Shown here piece by piece: positions 18,634-24,000 of a stretch of 24,000 nt of DNA. The DNA comes from Candidatus Izemoplasmatales bacterium (lineage in GTDB: Bacteria; Bacillota_I; Bacilli_A; Izemoplasmatales; Hujiaoplasmataceae). Location: the NCBI GenBank assembly GCA_028698875.1, contig JAQVVR010000009.1, positions 9,657 through 33,656 on the forward strand. The letters run 5' to 3'. The translations under genes were made by a program, and so were the position numbers. Position 1 is the first letter of the stretch. The number at the start of each line of letters is the position of its first letter. Below the pieces are notes generated by a model. It made no database searches and had not been told where the DNA came from. It saw nothing but the letters and a program-made list of their open reading frames with translations.

Positions 18634-18662
18634 TTGTATTAAAAGGTGCGATTTGCTATAAT
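18634..18662 (+). promoter_or_regulatory. Promoter for rpiB-upp-dut
   Basis: TTGTAT (18634-18639), 17-nt spacer, extended -10 TGcTATAAT (TATAAT 18657-18662). Confidence 0.6.
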
Positions 18663-18729
18663 ACAATTAGAGTAAATTCCGCAAAAAGCCTCGTCAAAGT
18701 AAAAAAGACGGCCAAAAGGAGATTGTGTC

Positions 18730-19179
18730 ATGAAAATAGCAATCGGAGCTGATCACGCCGGCTACGTATTTAAAAATGCCATCATCGAATTACTGGAAAC
18801 TCGGGAAATAGAAGTCATCGATTTTGGAACCAGAAATCTTGATTCAGTTGATTATCCTGTTTATGCTTTTAAAGTCGCAGAATGTGTTCGTGATCATGAA
18901 GCTGACTTTGGGATATTAATCTGTGGAACCGGAGTGGGAATGGCAATCGCCGCCAACAAAGTCAAAGGTATTCGTGCCGGTGTTTGTCAATCAATTTTTG
19001 CGGCTAAAGCCATTCGTGAACATAATAACGCCAATATTATTTGCCTTGGTTCACGAACCAATACTTTAGACGAAGTCATCGAATTTGTGACTATTTTTTT
19101 AGACTCAGAATTTTCCCATGGGGAAAGACATCAAAAACGCATTGATTTAATTACTGATTACGAGGAGGGCATCAAATAA
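18730..19179 (+). CDS. rpiB: Ribose-5-phosphate isomerase B (RpiB/LacAB family)
   Basis: [12 protein letters not shown] and [16 protein letters not shown] are family signatures. It is 149 aa. RBS AAGGAG lies at 18716-18721. Confidence 0.92.
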   Translation: MKIAIGADHAGYVFKNAIIELLETREIEVIDFGTRNLDSVDYPVYAFKVAECVRDHEADFGILICGTGVGMAIAANKVKGIRAGVCQSIFAAKAIREHNNANIICLGSRTNTLDEVIEFVTIFLDSEFSHGERHQKRIDLITDYEEGIK

Positions 19180-19805
19180 TGGGACGCGTCGTCATTATCA
19201 ATCATCCGTTAATCGAGCATAAAATGGCTATCATCCGCAATAAAGATACTGATACGAAAACATTTAGAGAAAATATCAATGAGATTGGTAGTCTGGTAAC
19301 ATATGAAATCACCCGTGATTTAGCCACAAAACCCGTTGAAGTTCAAACTCCAATTGCCAAAACAATTTGCCAGGTTTTGGCAAAAGATGTAGTTATCGTG
19401 CCAATACTCCGTGCCGGACTTGGCATGGTTGATGGCATTCAAAATGTTATTCCAACCGCTAAAATCGGACATATTGGGTTATATCGCGATGAAACAACCC
19501 TACGCCCAATCGAATATTATATTAAATTGCCAACCGATGTTAGCAAAGCAACGATACTGGTTGTTGATCCGATGTTAGCAACCGGAGGATCATCAATCGT
19601 TGCGATTGACAACATCAAAGAACGCGGGGGAAAAGATATTCGATTTGTCGGCATCGTAGGTTGTCCCGAAGGAATTAAAGCTTTAAGTGAAGCTCATCCG
19701 GATGTTGATATTTATCTTGTTAAGGTTGATGATCGCTTGAATGAAGTTGGCTACATTGTCCCCGGATTGGGAGATTGTGGAGATCGATTATTTGGCACCA
19801 AGTAA
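19179..19805 (+). CDS. upp: Uracil phosphoribosyltransferase
   Basis: The start overlaps the rpiB stop (TAATG). HPLIEHK, the PRPP loop [11 protein letters not shown], and the C-terminal [16 protein letters not shown] are present. Confidence 0.95.
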   Translation: MGRVVIINHPLIEHKMAIIRNKDTDTKTFRENINEIGSLVTYEITRDLATKPVEVQTPIAKTICQVLAKDVVIVPILRAGLGMVDGIQNVIPTAKIGHIGLYRDETTLRPIEYYIKLPTDVSKATILVVDPMLATGGSSIVAIDNIKERGGKDIRFVGIVGCPEGIKALSEAHPDVDIYLVKVDDRLNEVGYIVPGLGDCGDRLFGTK

Positions 19806-19828
19806 GTTTACAAGAGGAGTGATTTACA

Positions 19829-20275
19829 GTGGAACGCGGATTCCGAATTGTAACCAAGTTTGAAGATCACAATATTCAGTTACCAAAACGGAAAACCAAT
19901 TTATCAGCCGGCTATGATATAGAAGCCGCTGAAACCGTGATAATTGCTCCGCAAACGATGGGGAAAGTCCCCACGGGACTAAAAGCATATATGCAACCCG
20001 ATGAAATGCTTTTAGTATTTGCCAGAAGTTCGTTATTTCAAACCAAAAGTTGTATTTTTGTCAATGGAGTAGCAGTCATAGACGCTGATTATTATGATAA
20101 TCCTAGTAATGAAGGCCATATCATTTTAACATTATACAATATGTCATCGACAAATATTACAATTCAAGCAGGAGAGCGATTCGCCCAAGGCGTCTTTCAA
20201 AAATATTTAAAAACCGATGATGATATTCCCTCATTAGATATGCGGAATGGTGGATATGGAAGCACTGGTCAATAA
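19829..20275 (+). CDS. dut: dUTP diphosphatase (trimeric dUTPase family)
   Basis: GTG start lies 9 nt after AGAGGAG (19813-19819). The motifs are SAGYDI, ARSS, GVAVIDADY, and the C-terminal RNGGYGSTG. Confidence 0.88.
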   Translation: MERGFRIVTKFEDHNIQLPKRKTNLSAGYDIEAAETVIIAPQTMGKVPTGLKAYMQPDEMLLVFARSSLFQTKSCIFVNGVAVIDADYYDNPSNEGHIILTLYNMSSTNITIQAGERFAQGVFQKYLKTDDDIPSLDMRNGGYGSTGQ

Positions 20276-20298
20276 CTGCCGAAACGGCAGTTTTTTTT
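20276..20298 (+). terminator. Strong Rho-independent terminator after dut
   Basis: CTGCCG-aaa-CGGCAG (20276-20290) followed by T8 (20291-20298). Confidence 0.85.
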
Positions 20299-20336
20299 AT
20301 CCACGCATTCAAGTGGTGTAAACCGGTAAAAATTGC

Positions 20337-20365
20337 TTGATTTCATCGCCAAAATTTGATAGAAT
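20337..20365 (+). promoter_or_regulatory. Promoter for rpsB
   Basis: TTGATT (20337-20342), 17-nt spacer, extended -10 TGaTAGAAT (TAGAAT 20360-20365). Confidence 0.6.
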
Positions 20366-20371
20366 AGATAC

Positions 20372-20480
20372 GCCGTAAAAAATACACACACCGATGAGCG
20401 ATTTGCCGTGAGCCAGTTTTGGTGGCAATAGCGTTGAAAGCGGTGGAGGCATAAATCAAAATAGGAGGATTTACAGAACA
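20372..20480 (+). promoter_or_regulatory. rpsB 5' leader of about 108 nt with a predicted bulged hairpin (candidate r-protein autoregulatory leader)
   Basis: Hand-folded. 20403-20407 (TTGCC) pairs with 20424-20428 (GGCAA). An inner stem is 20412-20415 with 20420-23. A possible closing helix is CACCG (20389-20393) with CGGTG (20441-20445). A decoy SD-like GGTGGAGG lies at 20442-20449, and the real SD AGGAGG is at 20463-20468. Confidence 0.3.
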
Positions 20481-21470
20481 ATGGGCGTTATTTCAATGAA
20501 AAGCCTGCTAGAAGCAGGAGTGCATTTCGGTCACCAGACACGCAGATGGAATCCAAAGATGGGACGATTCATCTACACATCGCGTAATGGCATTCATATC
20601 ATCGATTTACAAAAAACAAGCGATTGCATCGACGTAGCATACAAAGCTCTCTTTGATATCGTCGCTGCTGACGGAAAAGTTTTATTTGTAGGAACAAAAA
20701 AACAATCACAAGAACCAGTTCGTGAAGAAGCAATTCGTTCGGGCCAATACTACGTTGACAAACGTTGGCTTGGTGGTACGCTTACTAATTTTAAGACGAT
20801 TAAGAAATCAATTAAGAAACTCCAAGATTTATACCGGATGGAAAAAGATGGAACCTTTGCGGTTCTACCGAAAAAAGAAGTAATTGGCTTAAGAAAAGAA
20901 ATGGAACGTTTGGAAAAATTCTTAGGCGGCATTAAAGATATGAAAACCTTGCCGCAAGCCTTATTTATTATTGATCCTCGCAAAGAACGCAGTGCTATTC
21001 TTGAGGCCAGAAAATTACATATTCCCGTATTTGGAATCGTTGACACAAACTGTGATCCCGATGAGGTCGACTATATTATCCCTGCTAATGACGATGCTTT
21101 AAGATCAGTTAAGTTAATCGTTGGTAAAATGGGTGATGCTATTGTTGAAGCCAATGGCGGATTAACTGGAGAAGAAGCGGCCCCAGTCGTTGAAACCGAG
21201 GATAAACCCGAAGTCGAAGAAACTGAAGAACCGGTTAAACCAGTCATCCAACCAAAGCCAGTAGTCAAAGCGGAAGTTAAAATCGAAGCGACACCGATTG
21301 TCGTTATTCCTCAAGTTCTAGAGCCAGTTGAGACGATTGAAGAACCAGTTGCCGTTACCGAAGATTTAGAAAGTAAAACCGTTGCTGATTTGAAGGCTAT
21401 GGCAAAAGAGCGCGGAATTGCTAACTATTCTAAACTTCGCAAAGCCGAACTGATTGAAGCATTAAAATAA
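20481..21470 (+). CDS. rpsB: 30S ribosomal protein S2 with a C-terminal extension of about 100 aa (Pro/Glu/Val-rich linker plus Rho_N/HeH-like module)
   Basis: The N-terminus [25 protein letters not shown] is canonical S2. The core ends near aa 226. The extension ends with [30 protein letters not shown]. Confidence 0.95.
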   Translation: MGVISMKSLLEAGVHFGHQTRRWNPKMGRFIYTSRNGIHIIDLQKTSDCIDVAYKALFDIVAADGKVLFVGTKKQSQEPVREEAIRSGQYYVDKRWLGGTLTNFKTIKKSIKKLQDLYRMEKDGTFAVLPKKEVIGLRKEMERLEKFLGGIKDMKTLPQALFIIDPRKERSAILEARKLHIPVFGIVDTNCDPDEVDYIIPANDDALRSVKLIVGKMGDAIVEANGGLTGEEAAPVVETEDKPEVEETEEPVKPVIQPKPVVKAEVKIEATPIVVIPQVLEPVETIEEPVAVTEDLESKTVADLKAMAKERGIANYSKLRKAELIEALK

Positions 21471-21479
21471 CCAGTAATC

Positions 21480-21504
21480 GGGAGCTATCATTAGCTCCCT
21501 TTTT
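21480..21504 (+). terminator. Rho-independent terminator/attenuator between rpsB and tsf
   Basis: GGGAGCTA (21480-21487), TCAT loop, TAGCTCCC (21492-21499), then TTTTT (21500-21504). Confidence 0.8.
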
Positions 21505-21530
21505 AAAAGAAATACTTTTACATAATTGAA

Positions 21531-21560
21531 TTGAAACGATAATTATGATAGTATTATAAT
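21531..21560 (+). promoter_or_regulatory. Candidate promoter for tsf-pyrH-frr
   Basis: TTGAAA (21531-21536), 18-nt spacer, TATAAT (21555-21560). An overlapping alternative is TTGAAT-17-TGaTAGTAT. Confidence 0.5.
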
Positions 21561-21581
21561 AACGTTATTAGGAGGAATATC

Positions 21582-22475
21582 ATGGAAATTAATGCTAGTA
21601 TGGTAAAAGAATTACGCGATAAAACCGGAGCGGGAATGATGGATTGCAAAAAGGCCCTTTCAGCTACCGAAGGAGATATGGTCAAAGCGATTGATTGGTT
21701 ACGGGAAAAGGGTATTGCCAAAGCCGAACTTAAGTCTGCAAGAATCGCTGCAGAAGGACTTTGTAGCATTGTTATAACCGGCAATAAGGCATTGTTTTTC
21801 GAGTTGAACTGCGAAACCGATTTCGTTGCACGCAACGAAAAATTTACCAGTCTTGTCGAGAAAGTTGGCAATATTATCGCCACTGGGAATGTTAAATGTG
21901 CTGATTGTGCTTTGAATTTGGTTCATGAAGGCAAAACCGTGAATCAACTTTTACTAGAAACAGTCGCCAATATTGGTGAGAAGATAAGCTTAAGAAATGT
22001 TTTCATTGTTGAAAAAAATGACGACCAAATTTTTGGTGCTTACAAACATATGGGTGGGAAGATAGTCAGTCTAGCGGTTATGAATGGTGGCGACGCTGAA
22101 ACAGCGAAAGACATTGCCATGCATGTTTGCGCCAACAAGCCAAAATACTTAGATCAAGCTGCCATCAGCCAAGAAGAAATAGCTCATGAGCGAAACGTTC
22201 TTACGGCGGAAGCTTTGAACGAAAATGCCACTGCTATCAAACCAAAACCAGAAGCAATTATTGTCAAAATGGTTGAAGGCCGCTTAATGAAGAACTTTAA
22301 AGAAGTCTGCCTTGTTGATCAACCGTTTGTCAAAAACCCCGATATCTCTGTTGCCGAATATGTTAAAAGTAAAGGCGCATCAATTGCCGCTTTTAACCGT
22401 ATGGCTGTAGGTGAAGGAATTGCTAAGCGCGAAGACAACTTCGCAGAAGAAGTCATGTCACAAGTTAATAAATAA
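21582..22475 (+). CDS. tsf: Translation elongation factor Ts
   Basis: The UBA-like N-terminus VKELRDKTGAGMMDCKKAL is characteristic. RBS AGGAGG lies at 21570-21575. It is 297 aa. Confidence 0.95.
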   Translation: MEINASMVKELRDKTGAGMMDCKKALSATEGDMVKAIDWLREKGIAKAELKSARIAAEGLCSIVITGNKALFFELNCETDFVARNEKFTSLVEKVGNIIATGNVKCADCALNLVHEGKTVNQLLLETVANIGEKISLRNVFIVEKNDDQIFGAYKHMGGKIVSLAVMNGGDAETAKDIAMHVCANKPKYLDQAAISQEEIAHERNVLTAEALNENATAIKPKPEAIIVKMVEGRLMKNFKEVCLVDQPFVKNPDISVAEYVKSKGASIAAFNRMAVGEGIAKREDNFAEEVMSQVNK

Positions 22476-22500
22476 AAGGACACTTTTGTGTCCTTTATTT
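22475..22500 (+). terminator. Weak terminator/attenuator hairpin after tsf
   Basis: AAAGGACAC (22475-22483), TTTT loop, GTGTCCTTT (22488-22496). The T tract is interrupted (TTTATTT), so read-through into pyrH is likely. Confidence 0.45.
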
Positions 22501-22520
22501 CTAATAATAGGAGGGTTTGT

Positions 22521-23234
22521 ATGGCAAAGAAACGCATTTTAATCAAACTCAGTGGGGAAGCCCTTTCCGGGAAGAACGGGATTGGAATTGACCCAAAAAC
22601 CGTCAAAAAAATTGCACTGGAAATTAAATCAGCCTATGATCTTGGCATTTGTGAGATTGCCATCGTCGTCGGTGGAGGAAACATTTTCCGGGGCAAACTT
22701 GCGGATGAAATGGGAATCGAACGAGCTAGTGGCGATTATATGGGCATGTTGGCAACCATCATCAACGCTTTGGCATTACAAAATTCTTTAGAAGCACTTG
22801 GGGTTGATACCCGCGTCTTATCAAGTTTAAATATTCCCGAAGTTGCGGAACCATATATTCGGCGGAAGGCTTTAAGTCATCTTGAAAAAAACCGGATTGT
22901 CATTTTTGGTGGCGGAACCGGAAATCCATTCTTTACTACCGATACCACGGCGGCGCTGCGAGCAGCCGAAATGGATGCCTCAATTATTTACATGGCCAAA
23001 AATGGAATTGATGGGGTTTATGATAAAGATCCAAAAGGTAATACAGATGCAATTAGGTTTAACCAATTAACCCACACCGAAGTTTTGAAAAGGGAATTAC
23101 ATGTCATCGATTCAACCGCGGCAGCTCTTTGTAACGATAATAACATCGATATTTACGTTTTTGATATGAACGTTGAAGGCAATATTAGACGAGCAGTCCA
23201 AGGCGAAAATATTGGGACAATAATCAAAAAATAA
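22521..23234 (+). CDS. pyrH: UMP kinase
   Basis: ATG at 22521 follows AGGAGGG (22509-22515). The motifs are KRILIKLSGEAL and VVGGGNIFRG. The GTG at 22488 in the ORF track lies inside the terminator hairpin and is rejected. Confidence 0.94.
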   Translation: MAKKRILIKLSGEALSGKNGIGIDPKTVKKIALEIKSAYDLGICEIAIVVGGGNIFRGKLADEMGIERASGDYMGMLATIINALALQNSLEALGVDTRVLSSLNIPEVAEPYIRRKALSHLEKNRIVIFGGGTGNPFFTTDTTAALRAAEMDASIIYMAKNGIDGVYDKDPKGNTDAIRFNQLTHTEVLKRELHVIDSTAAALCNDNNIDIYVFDMNVEGNIRRAVQGENIGTIIKK

Positions 23235-23262
23235 CGGATAAATGAGGATATGAGGTGATATT

Positions 23263-23820
23263 ATGCCAGAAATGATTCTTATGGAAGCTGAAGAAAAAAT
23301 GGAAATGAGTTTGGCGGCTTTGCATCGCGAATTTGTGACTATAAGAACTGGACGAGCTAACCCAAAAATGCTGGAACGGATAACGGTTGATTATTATGGC
23401 GCGCAAAGTCCAATTAATCAAATTGCATCGGTTCAAGTCCCTGAAGCCAGTCAAATCTATGTCAAGCCATATGACAAATCCGTGCTTTCCAAAATCGAAA
23501 AAGCCATCTTTGCGGCTAATCTTGGTGTCACACCCACCAATGATGGCAATGGGTTGCGTTTGATCTTCCCACCGATGACGGAAGAGCGTCGTAAAGAATC
23601 GGTTAAAGCAGTTCACAAGCAGGCTGAAGAAAACAAAATCGCTATTCGTAATATCCGCCGCGATGCCATCGCTGATTTGAAAAAAATGGAAAAAGACAAA
23701 CTACTGACAGAAGATCAATTAGAGATATATCAAGAGGAAGTTCAAAAGCTAACCGATAAATACATTGAGAAAATTGATCAAGCGGCTGCTGATAAAGAAA
23801 AAGACGTTATGCATATATAA
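23263..23820 (+). CDS. frr: Ribosome recycling factor
   Basis: The 185-aa protein contains REFVTIRTGRANPKML and PPMTEERRKE. RBS GAGGTGA lies at 23252-23258. Confidence 0.95.
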   Translation: MPEMILMEAEEKMEMSLAALHREFVTIRTGRANPKMLERITVDYYGAQSPINQIASVQVPEASQIYVKPYDKSVLSKIEKAIFAANLGVTPTNDGNGLRLIFPPMTEERRKESVKAVHKQAEENKIAIRNIRRDAIADLKKMEKDKLLTEDQLEIYQEEVQKLTDKYIEKIDQAAADKEKDVMHI

Positions 23821-23846
23821 GACTAGCAATAGTCTTATATTTTTTT
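23818..23846 (+). terminator. Rho-independent terminator after frr
   Basis: TAAGACTA (23818-23825), GCAA loop, TAGTCTTA (23830-23837), then TATTTTTTT. Confidence 0.65.
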
Positions 23847-23920
23847 CACGGTAATTACATAGAATCTTTATGAGTTTTGGTGTATAATTTTTATTGAGCA
23901 TCAAGGGAGGGCTGATAATT

Positions 23921-24000
23921 TTGTTTAAAAAAACTACGACTGTCAATATCCCTAAACACGTTGCAATAATTCTTGACGGCAATGGAAGATGGGCAAAAAA
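23921..24000 (+). CDS. uppS: Undecaprenyl-diphosphate synthase, 5' fragment truncated by the window end
   Basis: TTG at 23921 lies 9 nt after GGGAGGG (23905-23911). The translation MFKKTTTVNIPKHVAIILDGNGRWAK matches the UppS N-terminal signature. frr-uppS synteny is conserved. Confidence 0.8.
   Translation, partial: MFKKTTTVNIPKHVAIILDGNGRWAK

Noticed and set aside
18578-18638. Near-direct repeat AATCGTTGTAA (18579-18589) / AATCGTTTGTA (18628-18638) and a small AACGG...CCGTT hairpin between the tsaC terminator and the rpiB promoter. I considered it as a possible operator or riboswitch.
   Set aside because: The repeat is short, AT-rich and imperfect, and could easily arise by chance. The second copy simply overlaps the -35 box. 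I saw no PyrR-type (CCAGAGAGG) or other known riboswitch core.
20269-20481. 70-aa minus-strand ORF filling the dut-rpsB intergenic region.
   Set aside because: It spans the dut terminator hairpin and the rpsB promoter and leader. It has no RBS, and its composition is Cys/Phe-rich and random-looking. The region is better explained as terminator, promoter and leader.
23870-23887. Tiny ORF MSFGV* in the frr-uppS spacer, and a possible uppS promoter around TATAAT at 23883-23888.
   Set aside because: A 5-codon ORF without an RBS is not credible. The TATAAT box lacks a convincing -35 or a correctly spaced TG, so I did not list it as a feature, although uppS may well have a weak promoter here.
1-24000. 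Alternative genetic code (UGA=Trp), CRISPR arrays, IS elements or integrases, tRNA/rRNA/SRP-RNA genes, and toxin-antitoxin or defence cassettes.
   Set aside because: TGA terminates ylxM and rbgA at positions that give family-typical lengths. I saw no regularly spaced repeats, no inverted terminal repeats and no recombinase-like ORF. Every intergenic gap is at most about 205 nt and is accounted for by terminators, promoters and leaders.

Overview
The window is a compact, low-GC run of core housekeeping genes with Bacilli-type synteny. It looks like a reduced-genome Acholeplasma-, Erysipelotrichia- or RF39-like lineage, but the taxon cannot be fixed from sequence alone. 23 of the 24 CDS I call are on the + strand. 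The gene order is gdpP-rplI-dnaB | prfA-prmC | topA | ftsY-ylxM-ffh | (Cof-type HAD, minus strand) | membrane protein-ftsK/sftA-lepB-rbgA-rnhB-HAD-tsaC | rpiB-upp-dut | rpsB | tsf-pyrH-frr | uppS (truncated at the window end). The genetic code is standard: TGA is a stop for ylxM and rbgA, and TGG encodes Trp in conserved motifs. Most transcription units are bounded by recognisable sigma-A-like promoters and Rho-independent terminators. I found no CRISPR array, transposase, integrase, phage gene, toxin-antitoxin pair, tRNA or rRNA, and no recognisable defence or accessory island. I cannot support a claim that a new multi-gene system is present. Four points deserve a second look. (1) gdpP has no stop codon and reads in frame into rplI (L9), which keeps its own RBS and ATG. 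(2) Ribosomal protein S2 carries a C-terminal extension of about 100 aa that ends in a Rho_N/HeH-like helix-hairpin module. (3) The only FtsK-family translocase has no transmembrane domain, has a D-to-E Walker B variant, and is translationally coupled to an uncharacterised membrane protein. (4) rpsB has a leader of about 108 nt that can form a bulged hairpin. All calls rest on reading the translated ORFs and the DNA by eye. No database search was run.
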